Shown here: piece by piece, positions 32,901 to 38,559 of the stretch
How positions within the stretch are numbered: position 1 is the stretch's first letter
Layout: each line of letters starts with the position of its first letter
IMG/VR virus record: IMGVR_UViG_3300037567_000279
Location: 1 to 39,761 of that record
Length of the DNA stretch: 39,761 nt
Strand: one strand, 5' to 3'
Source: a virus
Lineage: Duplodnaviria; Caudoviricetes
Notes under the pieces: generated by a model
What the model saw: only the letters and a program-made list of their open reading frames with translations
What the model was told of the DNA's origin: nothing
Databases searched by the model: none
Position numbers and translations under genes: made by a program

Positions 32901-35900
32901 AGCAGTTTACGCTGGTTTCCTGGAATAAGTGCAGATCCACTGAAAGGACCAATCTTATAATTGGGAAGACCTGATGCTGCAACATAAACATAGTCATTAT
33001 TGAAGAATGAATTCTGTACGTTGGATGTAAACAGAGAGACCACTTCATTGATCGTACTCTGAGTAGACTTTCCTCTATTCAAGTCAACGGATAGAAGGAT
33101 ATTACCTTGTGGTTCAATATCTGTTGGTACTGGAATGAGATAAGAGAATGTAAAGTCGTCAAGACGAGCAGTAACCTCAAATGTACCATTATAAACAGCA
33201 GGGTTTGCGCCATAGAGGGTAACAGTATCTTCAACTAGCAAACCATGTGGGTTTTCGCAAGTTACAGTTGCAGTTCTGTTCAATCCACCAGGAATGATCT
33301 GAGAGACCTTAATAAGTTTCTTAACGTTATACAACCAAGATTGTAAACGCTCATCCTGGTCAGTAGAACCTAATGCCGCAACATTTAGTTTGTCACCAGG
33401 CAGATAATAGGAACCAGTATCTTCAAGAACAGTAGTTCCTGCTTCTGCGATACCCAGAATGCGAAGTTGCACTTCTGTTTCTTGTCCACGGTTAACATAT
33501 ACGAAAATATTGGAATGAATGGTTGTACCAGGATCCCAATCCTCTACAACTCCATTTTTAGAGCGAGTACACTCAATAAATTGGTTTAGTGACTTATCTT
33601 TGTATTGTACAATTTCATTATCGTCGATAATGATGGTACCGTTCTTTTCTGGCCATCCAATAGTGGAGTCAACGGTAATAATACCACCAGTAGTGTCTAA
33701 TGGTTCTACAAGAACTGTTTTATATGGAATCTTGAATTCGCCATTCAGTGTTTCTTCTGAAATTGCCAATTCATAGATAATGTCCGTACCTTCAATGATC
33801 GAGATGACGTTTTCAATCAGAACGGACGCATCCTTGATGTTCTGGTCAACTTCATCCGCAATTTGAACTAGTTGCGAATCTGCCAAGTTTGCTGGATCAC
33901 CAGAAATCAATTCTGCTCGTAAAATAGTGTCAACAACCCAAGATGCCGCAGAAGGGGTGATCATCTCATCCCTAGGGTAGTACACATCGACCTCTTCACC
34001 GAAGAGAATCTTAAATAGGTACTGTGTTGCTTTCTTAGTGCCCTTAGACAGATAGAAATCCTTAATCTTCTTGATAACCAGTACAGGATTAACCTGAGCA
34101 TAGTCAAGATTGATTGTGGGCATGTATTGACGACGGAATTTGTCAAATACTTGCTTAATGATCATACTGTCAATGTTATTGACAATAGATTCTTGTGGAT
34201 GACTGCTCTGAGTTAGTTGTGTCTCTTTTGCATAGATCTGGTTAGCGAAATCATCAAAATCTGCAATATCAGATACACCACGAGCACATCCAATCAGTGC
34301 TGATGGTTGATATTTACGTCCAGCAGATAAAATAGTGAAACCAGTGACTTCACCAAACCCAACATCACACGATGCTTGTGCAGATGCAGGAGATGCGATG
34401 TAAACCTTAGGTGGTATAGTATCAGAATATCCACTACCAAAGTTAATGATGTTGATATCAGTAATCTCACCATTAAAGATAGTTGCTACTGCCTCAGCAC
34501 CAATACCACCAATTGGTTCACCCAGAGGACCTTTACGATCATCCACAATGTAGACAGAAGGCGCATCTAAGTAACCTTTACCACCAGTCAGCAAATTGAT
34601 GTTAGTTACATTGCCGTTCGCAACGGTGATATCAAGCACCTGTGCGCCCACTGGTTGAACGATACGCGCTCTTGGGGGTGTAGTATACCCTCTACCTCTA
34701 TTAGTGATTGTTACTGATACAATCTGCCCATTAGGTGCAACAGTACATGTAGCAGCAGCATTGATACCACCCTCAGGTGCATCATCGATATAGATTGTAG
34801 GTGGATTGCTATATCCAATACCACCATTAGTGACAGAGATAGATGCTGCAACCAAACGTCCCTCAGCATCAATCTGAGGATCAGTGATTATCGCACCATT
34901 AGGATTTAAGAATGTGATTGCAGGAATAAAATCATAACCAGAACCTGAGTTAGTGATTTCAATACCAGACACCATACCAGTGGTATCATCAACAGTAATT
35001 TCTGCTGATGCTTGTGATCCGTTAATCAGATCCGATGGTGGAGTGATTTTAAGAACAGGTGGGTTATACGAAGTGTAACCCTGACCACCTCTAATCAATT
35101 GGGCATTTTTAATACCATTAACTAAGGTTCTACCTGCTGATGCTTCACCAACACCAGTTGATGAATAAACTGAAAGTTTAGGTGCAAAATTGAGTTGATA
35201 ACCTTTACCACCATTCTTGATGATAATCTTATCGATTTCACCACTAGAACCAACTCGGGTAACTGCCTCAGCACCACTACCCACAGATGGAGAAACGTAT
35301 TCAATGGAGCGGATATGGAATGTATCCTGATTTGAAATATTTACAAAGAACTTAATTTTTGTGTTGTTGTCCGTTAACACATAGTCATCATAAGGACGTT
35401 GAAGGACAGCATTCCTATTGATGATCAGACCGATCTCGGCAATAGGGGAATATGGTAAATTATCATACTCCATTGTTGTGGAGTCGAGACCCACTAGGGT
35501 TCCAACGGGGGGAATTACCAAATCCTTGATTACAGAATCCGCAAATCCAACATAATACAGAATTTGTGTAAGTTCTACCTGATCATTACCCGTTTTTGCG
35601 CGGGGTGGGGTGGTCAGAGTGATCTCACTACCAGAAACAGTATAATCAATCTGAGGAATCAGCAGATCGCCATAGATTGTTACCGCAAGGTGATCAGCAG
35701 ATACCGCAGACACAGGAGTGCCTAAGAATTTCAGCGAGAATGTAGTTCTTACTCCGTCAAATTGTTCCCAAGGTGATTCGAGTGCTTGTCTTTTCTTATT
35801 GAACTCTTCAAGAGATATACCAGGTGTCAGAATAGCATCTGGTCCACGAACGGTCTCATCATAATAGATGATCTCGTTATCAATCATCACAGAACCCTTG

Positions 35901-36178
35901 CTAGGCAAGAATCCATCAATTTGTTCTACTTCGAGGATTTCATCATAAATCCCAACTTCCTTGATTAGAGATGTAGAAGAAGTAAGAATCTTCTGATCAT
36001 ACTCGTCTAAGTCAAGATACTTAATAAGATTATTAAGCACGTTGTATGGGCGACCAGTCTTTTCCTGAGATTTATAGTATTCAATCAGGAAATTGACTAA
36101 TTGCTCATCTTCGTTTCGGATGAATTCTGGGAGTTGGTTAGCAACTCTGTCAGAAATGTTGATCGTTTTTGCGAACAT
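14954..36178 (-). CDS. gp7: Giant baseplate wedge initiator (gp7-like) multidomain protein, 7074 aa
   Basis: Directly downstream of gp6. N-terminus NQLPEFIR....LVNFLIEYYKSQE; gp7 motifs IKDFYLSKGT....YLFKILFGE and KIQDSFFYQNFSYVIKS....KW......NHPVGF..FG; many G.GY...P repeats. Also contains a split YHYH-like domain, a beta-propeller-like region, two LamG-like domains, CBM-like repeats, helical C-x-R-D repeats and a terminal Ig-like domain. Confidence 0.88.
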   Translation of the reverse strand: MFAKTINISDRVANQLPEFIRNEDEQLVNFLIEYYKSQEKTGRPYNVLNNLIKYLDLDEYDQKILTSSTSLIKEVGIYDEILEVEQIDGFLPSKGSVMIDNEIIYYDETVRGPDAILTPGISLEEFNKKRQALESPWEQFDGVRTTFSLKFLGTPVSAVSADHLAVTIYGDLLIPQIDYTVSGSEITLTTPPRAKTGNDQVELTQILYYVGFADSVIKDLVIPPVGTLVGLDSTTMEYDNLPYSPIAEIGLIINRNAVLQRPYDDYVLTDNNTKIKFFVNISNQDTFHIRSIEYVSPSVGSGAEAVTRVGSSGEIDKIIIKNGGKGYQLNFAPKLSVYSSTGVGEASAGRTLVNGIKNAQLIRGGQGYTSYNPPVLKITPPSDLINGSQASAEITVDDTTGMVSGIEITNSGSGYDFIPAITFLNPNGAIITDPQIDAEGRLVAASISVTNGGIGYSNPPTIYIDDAPEGGINAAATCTVAPNGQIVSVTITNRGRGYTTPPRARIVQPVGAQVLDITVANGNVTNINLLTGGKGYLDAPSVYIVDDRKGPLGEPIGGIGAEAVATIFNGEITDINIINFGSGYSDTIPPKVYIASPASAQASCDVGFGEVTGFTILSAGRKYQPSALIGCARGVSDIADFDDFANQIYAKETQLTQSSHPQESIVNNIDSMIIKQVFDKFRRQYMPTINLDYAQVNPVLVIKKIKDFYLSKGTKKATQYLFKILFGEEVDVYYPRDEMITPSAASWVVDTILRAELISGDPANLADSQLVQIADEVDQNIKDASVLIENVISIIEGTDIIYELAISEETLNGEFKIPYKTVLVEPLDTTGGIITVDSTIGWPEKNGTIIIDDNEIVQYKDKSLNQFIECTRSKNGVVEDWDPGTTIHSNIFVYVNRGQETEVQLRILGIAEAGTTVLEDTGSYYLPGDKLNVAALGSTDQDERLQSWLYNVKKLIKVSQIIPGGLNRTATVTCENPHGLLVEDTVTLYGANPAVYNGTFEVTARLDDFTFSYLIPVPTDIEPQGNILLSVDLNRGKSTQSTINEVVSLFTSNVQNSFFNNDYVYVAASGLPNYKIGPFSGSALIPGNQRKLLRFPRSVNTVSTRTTVAPNTPIGSWVNGVSAWGYKDQEFVTFGPLTGIDITNVGESYDAGSTPTLEITGGGGTGAVATVVVNGALDTVDVLTQGTGYTTQPLISIVGGGGSGATAQAVVTNGRVTRVLVGNPGTGYTAQPTISITGGGGSGATALAQVRGAISGVNITSRGTGYTSTPTLKLNSGEGALAQPIVINGRIVSVAIINSGDGYTTAPTVFINGDGFGAKATAVIGTLGEDRGKVTSISITNKGVGYTQGNTTVRMEAVGQLATFNANVFQWNKNIEYNLTTKYDIARGYVFTGFNNQYGGEYAHVSDPKELRYVVGDNVVLDPETNTFKEEGTETGAAISHSPILGWSFDGNPIYGPYGYIDPTDQNGGIRRMRSSYRLKTNVVYDIDTNPTPARIDGPALADYPAGQFVDDYEYAFQEGDLDPYNGRFCKTPDYPDGTYCYFITIDASEAGLPVFPYIIGPEFNSIVDTWNLSQRATQENIPQDVSRFRDPYEEVDIDIDRQPNQQSDQLVTEKEGDLILFETADIDNDGIISPAEIATNQVMTEEAALQIYDYFPRVSTESRVDIEVETTTKFENAQIDGFVIENSGVSYQVNDTLFFDNTGTDGFGASAQVESVQGAGIAAYSKEVINDIPYGKITTSTDHELIGQDEVIVSSKVITENTNKRFYMSVVTGIDSILVSQSGIGYNESIPPSYEIITPSGQDVELDIVLDKTTGKVDTVNIINSGFNYDVDNSPEIRVSHPQRFKKTYYWSTAFTESADCKFEIFDSVVSAQRNLYICGEITKTNGESAAFVAKFNDLGNIVWDRTLLPSTSIKVARWKKMYLDETSEENDLLYLIGETESQGTANRNPDILVAKYESGLDNANNPEGLVRWQKEIAGVSGGTRRDYAGDIYLDADQRVYICGWTDTNSPDPDDIWIIQLNSFGDLIEKRKFASDSEGEQMYQLRYIGDNKLVFAGIDKDNNDLLFGEMEYDGANIEFTYVKRLAISGGDVQNPQFVLDEYNDLFFVCDMWNGTKNYGVAFFKIAMSQIKLVVASPVWDFARIMAPTVTFESVKHAGISLDIFGNVNVVTEIKYEDNNLTANIASFKYDGTLLNQSDVWKTATDIGFTTHTHAVDNSGDMILSCNTQNPDQTVVHRFENAANLVEDSTKQDISTITVLNAANAAHDTTDYKFGSGSLDFTALNRIQWQDLNITTDWTVGMWVQMDSAHDGSNATVEMITAVADTGGTIRFTIEGNSGLANYGKIALQLTPNGAATTTVWSVGSTYWAALSDNAWHHIAFVKEEPSLGSYVYSCYFDGVIVATTTTTESIVLNDLYVGAEVATPATANCFLGNIDDLIVDPKAVYTTASFTLPTERYRITSNDSGVELIKFDRLHSKRGTYTPTSATRSGENLRIEDLDSGTGGINVNTISNPVITTWTVGSSGLQILDYSDVTSTLAPGTYNFVSDRFTYETKTSTIPTPLGRKLILDPVVLPKYYIRDAGYQKIDAVKEFTFNQDIKFEKGSILQQINAQGIVQSFGTIVDIPVGSIDNPGVGTTYKVGKIYGNFNNTDLFQNDISEVNTIDEISFEVTRPQTAWESGKAYSTNDQVWSDDKIYYATNNATSGVTPPTHTIGAVTDGSVVWQFISNAPNIEVDLLDYPWPVPTDAVPWAETRSYALDDTVYFGRNKYTCTVAGTSGTTAPTHASGTATDNSVTWTYTSTYDPLYNYARFRPTNVLDYRVTILNTFSGSDFIVGDVVSLGNSVNAGPKADTNNKIAEVSGLSSVKTIRVTVNLNKDIIRTAEANTDLIYCSALSPHNFNTNDILFVEGFTTAEFKGSFFVKEVFSSRDFTYRMRAIATADPIFEQNAISRIKIASKHPILLLVRNHSYIFDMSDVSNFGYYLSFAQDNQFKLEYSFNVIEREGTPGLSSLTETPVVKFTIGGEVTNITYYFDPSRVGSTSPVGANSFIDVIKTPFDGRFKISEVISDTEFRFPLLIEPEFTNAEIGLNDRDVPNTIYSTTSTKAIGPINSIRLISPGGFYKKLPIISDIASDRKIEKLRITAAGTEYAPGVYTQIAILGDGEGGLCNITVENDPETGSGAISDVALTDPGKGYTTGSIDIDAIPGILGATLAGSGGAIQVVIPDEGTGAAVFLTGTQIGKIKTLKNNEFGYGYSHDYTLRPEIAFPINLQLFNTSILSQIKITNPGAGYTSAPAVLISGGGGVNAEAEAIVKNNRLSEILIKNPGAGYSSQPIVTLKSEFTYVVNLDLNYLQFNFPHGITTGAEVQFRADNIGSQAGILPKPSSVGLTSLSSSQTYFAIAGDANGLESDQLRFGLTPVDAESGNFITFLTQGDGRQVLLTEVFGGQAEAVVETSRFLEGEQVYQGETFETATAFGIVSKNDGWQIQPKILKVTNPEGNFVVGGKVQGIISRASGVIDNLNIAKGVLNIDAITKTAGRFTDDVGKPSEIVQKIQDSFFYQNFSYVIKSQIPINKWKNQILENNHPVGFSMFGQLELTGGKDISGRKVAADFTKQVNINEYTNVNEITSFGAAQPIYSTFNNSEVLFRKKRLTNSEEILTSIVKKIDTISSQFDGITKAFPITVEGQQVIVNENQLLVTLNGVIQSPGNAYNVVGGSIVFSEAPRPDSKVVYRNISFDIMPITRLNLNTIAGIFPSIGDTVNGFTTQSTARVVATGATSIDVVDITGGTGTFDLNERVDVGRTGFSALIGTIDKSFTKLFLQSIGGTFGTILIGDIVTGQTTGARATITSIDLTEQSIQVTDMSNGYFDRGEDVQFFAAGYGANILNVDSVNYKTIFEFGESLTSLDNDTAIIEETNLDLDGNVSDKLVLSKTSGTAEYETGAYNLLLNDIFYSAASNIAGRITTISPYRDPITSINVERPSSVTGEWASFQEGDQFLGLTSGARGEVVRIDYVASPPILYYLKKTEQNFNLDPNTIDPTDGEQTEVSETVQKYENDVNGNEVLGALTETLLGQARIGDVVDTLIINRGSTFFGMIFERLISLTNQNRILDDVSKTTITPVEILDTADRINADFLDFEEVRSTEIEYEGLTGGTLAVGDKLRSIQVTYGNPVTDSLNRWKDAGRMIEFNRQEIIDFANAEISVEHPAFYYPGDNVTDQYSRYADAYRLITNNKEYIIAKSFADMVTEYPALVIPSSTKCKRDIGKYIEALSMDMFQGGTVYTRLLLQSYFSTDGLTFLYIDGEEQATEYAFEQALNYMKNALTNMLTGSEVVDGVTYVKYDERSAGGSSGTGITADPSPGNNYGTAGSNAINYGATNCSDVQSALTTLFTNVSEVLLAGSLSDLIDLSQPNAYSTNETKCRRDIGLMIDALAADIAGDGNYQIVEFIKKYYDNAGTPISNGLVGETAESLTAFKKAGEMCRKAINNLLYVQVNTRTSATGYMLKDPTTYAGPYLGSSGSELTEFDVSASAYNAGTGVMTLTIGSHSLTTSDSIKIRPYSLRFTCASDGYATFHDYPRAGDPAFDTLLNITAVTATTIEVNVGASALVQFTPTAAAYNPATGAMELTIGSHSLSIGDNVTIAQDSLTFTCTMDANASNHTYPRASDPANNSYLLISAVTATTITINVGAAATADQYPHTFVSSTNNSISTGGGYAHVFISAEDNAVFQGGGGAAAYYDPNYYSGRNESIGNCADVQAGINTLIELASTTIASGTLDNVNALAVISDGSYQINENLRVYKLSYKDPGGNGFFIPGNTITGLTSGATFTAKGANSGLKWLYTNSVTGTFQDREILSNTKLTSNNAVLTGLIKKSGSKSLRLDAGGYLTHELSDVQKFGTADFTIEMWIRPTTLSGLQYLWDTRTSGAAEIGSPVLYMNGSNISWYLNSSDQITGAHNLGTNAWHHIAVSRTTNITKLWVNGTQVGGDFTDNTNYLERSFKVGADLTNANGFVGWIDNIIIKKGTSDYTTTFTPGSTYPTATTDISFGMSMELPLIISNQERYGVYTGQTNSSATAKSIDFDAKQFIIEDINLARDEHRKCAELIELNYDWIAQVAVGLMKEKYSDFLIPGDSVDGVGTQQGTNKCLRDTKEYILKAIVEDIKYGGNFNSVVAGRGYLTKEGGLNYVGNELLQSIFTWTELANVINYVITTTSGDLENYNSVKYTELLRIPNNFTSPASSTVTNEITALANTIADIIGPTGDRFRDAGDMIWKNRTYIAEETVGYLQANYIKEINGTTYDFLTMPGYGDAYCERDIKQHILPAVITDLITGGNSATQYVIDQYINVNDQIIHIENELGPMLDAFAFIKTLVHHAVNNTLLSKGTTAAEFSVSFEYQDDYYIAQWTDVAVYKDDTLTIDTKGYDGSSSDSNKNLDTADLLEANKHVIAKEAVYTMNDMSKYLDLAVVGGAQNCIDDVIDVLDAVIHDLRFGGNSKTWDAAALYLNEEDDSLKHIESEVDASLDVYKIAAEICILTMRNGFGRENLYLYQEDGGVDPVTGEPISGGSSLDSVDVSTYERNGADDRFIDAANVIDRNIRLIAEEAVAQGLAQYPSLSINGVGTGGVKLTPTTATYNQATGDMTLTVAGHTLTTANRVSIKPNSIVFTCTQNNNATEHSYPRSADPAYNTSLAISAVTTDTFTVNVGVAAAEYQFAHTFVSAQQDAVVTNGSIDCVHDVTDVLSSMVWNLKHGGNNKVFKSAELYVSGSNLQHIVGVSTESIWILNKARDLAIQSMRDETITITAGHGFTQKTYTDLDYFPYSEGGYAITVDTDSPKCADVASAINTMMTIVTDTITTPASIGDGTITKTLPFIWPVKYSPEYVRRDVSITYDGPDWNQVCATQATNIETLFDIVIDTISTAYAGNASHLGGVARNTGYNSNTNYQYYTCYNVTSATDTLFELMDETLGGGSNSDKTVARRILWNKHAVSLKAFSEVQTAYPATIAEQSFGDALLEGLLYDLNTGGNIGILRLVNTWFDGEGNFIAFPNVTKQHLLWYVTRISEYAKRILDDYNDNLVGGEWYGYDIYLDETHINTGAIEHRFEYEKESSQFKIDSSLNAAYFAISRGTPPAQNTVQWTNNVHGTNQQNHYNEGNDWNTDPDLIINTPTVEVGFERRENRIIIQRPNFYSRGDILQYAIASGDVESAFANQDYFYVLNATPTQFEITREIRHDARFSRFAVDTRTSGQQQLQSPVRSGLVRQTTTYGTRDIDNPITGGFNLADVVVGTTSTASSEIVRNKNNSADIIKLYYRYTIRLATGRFTVGEQVQVQGAAANNGIVMQPSVLTGDNEDEGWVYIENITGTLSSTQVIEGVDSGITAELSNNGTSRMLINTDRGEFANGEIIFNKGNGAEATIVSYENSAGILTGNSGGRITIDIETLQEDFTDGDIIYGSITDKILDIGKISKEGFRDIELNQFVHAVKTIECDVNSILRDQGFEGDFKRGDVVYLLSGGVPKVPGWTALVTDYLYEEGVQHKIWIANLTPFGAAADGTTTTDPQELLTGGLGRFENLNNFPIISCDISNVTETNYTSYGKVSGKSISGDTGRLWLEDVNGAFPSNLTIKSDYGWSAGVTQAKNLLGRCDRFFRGFDGAADTFKLTVSNGEAYFPDPAGHLLVFVNGVMQPPGANFAYTAFSDQITFTEPPTIGSEFIGYYVGKLRQLDDISFEFDSLRSSFNLKYQGGFYSLTLTEGVSSNTILPENNIIVSLNGVIQEAGIGYELVGSRIIFAEIPRAGSTFVAFSYIGSDADVIAATVVPPIEAGDVLQIEGEADEREVALIESSNSLITFEYTGTVKGRGATALASIKTGEITKAIITSPGDGYSSRPNVDVVSSTGFDGRVRALMGLLRIDVKTAGIDYQQPIVEVQTTVDDDFVSPSGPAVNQGFDTYAGEGTDAQGNPIVIIPGYVNVSAQPVNVTVNQGQTAQFTIVAQFINSSDNQIGTTALNYQWQRKQYGETNWSNITGSTSATYTSLTAEQADDGDEFRVAVTAAGATPIYSNSVILTVQTGATVVNNFNPTQIFQ
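17980..23650 (-). repeat. Array of six (plus one degenerate) helical phycobiliprotein/globin-like repeats within gp7
   Basis: Recurring pattern R..DA..hI..N...I..EA......YP / C.RD....h.A...D...GGN / ..AF......Ah.N / C.DV.S.h..hF. Confidence 0.75.
32442..32585. repeat. 27-bp exact direct repeat (gcagtagcacccgatccaccaccacca) in tandem Gly-rich modules of gp7
   Basis: Copies at 32442-32468 and 32559-32585, 117 nt (39 codons) apart. Twenty nt of it recur at 11426-11445 in the 615-aa gene. Confidence 0.85.
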
Positions 36179-36185
36179 TTATCTC

Positions 36186-38558
36186 TTAGAAACAGGAGTC
36201 CAGTTCTGGATACGAGAACGTTCCAGTAGGGTACGTGATTGTATTTATGTTACTACCGCCGTAGTTCCATCCGCCAAAACTGAATGGATCGAAAGAAGGA
36301 ACAGCACCAGGATTAGTGTTGATATCCCTTGGAAACACTTTGGGGTCGAAGATTGTTGGGTCAACACCAGGTGGGATTGTGATAGGTCCATTGTTGGGTA
36401 AAACTACAACAGGAATTCTAGTCGTACCGTCAGGTGTATCACCTACATTAATAGGTCCAACACAAACAATACCATTTTCGTAATCCACAGTTCCAACCAA
36501 ATCATTCAGAATCACTTCTTTTTCATTTCTGTTGGTGACCATCATCAAGTTACCAAGACCATCATCTCTGATATTTACAGGAACCAGAGTTGCTGTTTGG
36601 GCAATCTGTGCATTGGCAACCACCTCTTCCAGATTAGTATTACCACCAGCAACTGGGTTGCTAACAGTAGTACCAGTAATAAGAGATCCTGCTGCTTCAC
36701 CAGCACCAATCAGATCAGCAACATCTTCGGTATATCCAGTAGCGTAGAATGTTCCACTCTTAACAGCAGAGAACTTAGGATTACAGGTACCTCCACCACC
36801 TCCACCGCTTGGATCGCCATCACCACCCCGATAATTGGGATCTGGTTGACATGTACCGTTGACACAGATCTGACCTTCTGGACAATCAGCACTAGTAGAG
36901 CATGGAGTACCACCACCATTCGGATCATCTTGACATGTGCCATTGATACAGACTTGCCCAGGAGGACAGTCAGAATCAGTAGAGCATGGAGTACCACCTC
37001 CTCCACCACCACCAGGACCGTCTCCACCACCACCAGGACCGTCTCCACCACCACCAAAATCATTCGGGTTAGTGATTGGGTTGTTGAAGTCTAAACACTG
37101 TGAGAATTGATTTCCGAAGGTGAACTGATCAAGGTTCTGACCCATAGTCATCTGGGTCGTTGTGCCACTGATAGCAGAATCGGAAGAGTCCACCATAGAG
37201 TTAAACTTCGATGGTTCTAGACGACCAGAGAATCTATTATCACGCTCCTGAGAGTTGAATCTATCGACAGACCTCAATACCTGAGCGGCCAGTTCATTTG
37301 ACGACCTAGGTGTATTGTTACCGTTGTAGGCAAGATGAATAGTCGGTGATATGTAGAAAATTCTGGGGTCAACGATTTCAGGTTGAATCGATGCCATAGA
37401 GTAATCAAGTAATTGATTCTTGATCCTCTTCTTAGTAGTGTTATTAAGGTTAACACCACTCCTTGTTCTTACTGCAACGTAAACTTTCCCATATTGTGGT
37501 GGATTTAGTTTCTCTCCACCGTATGCAGTCACTGATGCTGCCTGTGGATACAGTTCAGACACCAAATATGCGTAGTCACCTTCGGTAACTGCCCTATTCT
37601 GCACTGAGAATGACTTTGGAGCGCGATATTTGACTGTTAATGCATTTTCCCGTGCTTGACCATCCGCAGATGTCTCAATAGTTGTCAGTTCAATCGCCTG
37701 AGGGAGGATTGGACGACCCACAGAGTCCGCTGCACGCCCAATAAACCCAAATTTCTTCGCACCATTCGCTTGTTCACCGTCAGTATCAAGATATTGTACG
37801 GTGATGAACTCATTATCGATCAATTTACGACCAAGTACACCATCACCAAAGGTAATTTTGTATCTAAGGTCCTCAGTTTCCTCTAAAAAGTAATTTCTTG
37901 ACGTTGATTCAAGAGCAGTTACGTTATTTGCCAGAGAATATTCATCAACTTCCACAGATTGTTCGTTTGGACGAACAAAAACCTTCATTCTCTCCGTATC
38001 TACATCTTCTGATGGGATAATATACTCCGCTTTCCTTGTATCATCAACAGTAAAACTGTAATTGAGTAAATTTCCTTGATACACAAGCATCTTATTGAAA
38101 GTTGCCAGTCCAGTAGACTGATCAACGCTACTCTCTACGTCAGAAAGTAAAGAAAATATAAATGAATCACCATCAACCTTGGCAACAAATGCGTCACCTT
38201 TCTTAATTGTTACGGATGTTGGGTAAGTTTGATCACCAGGGAGCAATGTTGCCAAGGTTGTCATCCCAACACATGCTCTTGATCCCTTTTTGGACCTAGG
38301 AGTATATCCAATTTGCTTTGCAATCCTAACAATGTTATCTCTAACAGTTGCAGATTCCAAAAATGCCTCGTTCATCGACATGTTTGCCGTAAACGAAGCG
38401 TAATAAGTGTTATATGCTAGGATATCAATGAGATATGAAGACGCAGAACCTTCAAAATCATAATCTGTGAACTCTTTTCTTGTTCTCAGGTAAGATCTGA
38501 TAGATTCTTTGATCTCAAAGAAGTCTAGTGACGTTAATTCTGATGGTAGTGCTGCCAT
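36186..38558 (-). CDS. gp6: Baseplate wedge subunit gp6 with a Gly/Cys-rich insertion
   Basis: 790 aa. LDFFEIKESIRSYLR...FTDYDFEGS....LIDILAYNTYY, NEAFLESATVR, FGDGVLGRK, QNRAVT..DY, PPQYGKVYV and GTVDY..G are gp6 motifs. Confidence 0.95.
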   Translation of the reverse strand: MAALPSELTSLDFFEIKESIRSYLRTRKEFTDYDFEGSASSYLIDILAYNTYYASFTANMSMNEAFLESATVRDNIVRIAKQIGYTPRSKKGSRACVGMTTLATLLPGDQTYPTSVTIKKGDAFVAKVDGDSFIFSLLSDVESSVDQSTGLATFNKMLVYQGNLLNYSFTVDDTRKAEYIIPSEDVDTERMKVFVRPNEQSVEVDEYSLANNVTALESTSRNYFLEETEDLRYKITFGDGVLGRKLIDNEFITVQYLDTDGEQANGAKKFGFIGRAADSVGRPILPQAIELTTIETSADGQARENALTVKYRAPKSFSVQNRAVTEGDYAYLVSELYPQAASVTAYGGEKLNPPQYGKVYVAVRTRSGVNLNNTTKKRIKNQLLDYSMASIQPEIVDPRIFYISPTIHLAYNGNNTPRSSNELAAQVLRSVDRFNSQERDNRFSGRLEPSKFNSMVDSSDSAISGTTTQMTMGQNLDQFTFGNQFSQCLDFNNPITNPNDFGGGGDGPGGGGDGPGGGGGGGTPCSTDSDCPPGQVCINGTCQDDPNGGGTPCSTSADCPEGQICVNGTCQPDPNYRGGDGDPSGGGGGGTCNPKFSAVKSGTFYATGYTEDVADLIGAGEAAGSLITGTTVSNPVAGGNTNLEEVVANAQIAQTATLVPVNIRDDGLGNLMMVTNRNEKEVILNDLVGTVDYENGIVCVGPINVGDTPDGTTRIPVVVLPNNGPITIPPGVDPTIFDPKVFPRDINTNPGAVPSFDPFSFGGWNYGGSNINTITYPTGTFSYPELDSCF
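36242..36249 (-). promoter_or_regulatory. Possible internal late promoter CATAAATA in the 3' end of gp6, upstream of gp7
   Basis: Plus-strand tatttatg, about 64 nt upstream of the gp7 ATG; could occur by chance. Confidence 0.45.
37001..37056. repeat. 21-bp tandem repeat (about 2.7 copies) encoding GGGGDGP in gp6
   Basis: ctccaccaccaccaggaccgt at 37001-37021 and 37022-37042, with a partial copy at 37043-37056. Confidence 0.9.
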
Positions 38559-38559
38559 T

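Noticed and set aside
14954-36178. Intein, intron or recoding as the cause of the giant ORF
   Set aside because: I saw no Hint splice motifs or homing endonuclease motifs, and the frame is open in the standard code. The length is explained by repeats and inserted domains.
36846-37056. CRISPR-like or non-coding repeat array
   Set aside because: The repeats are in-frame coding units (21 bp and ~63 bp) without unique spacers.
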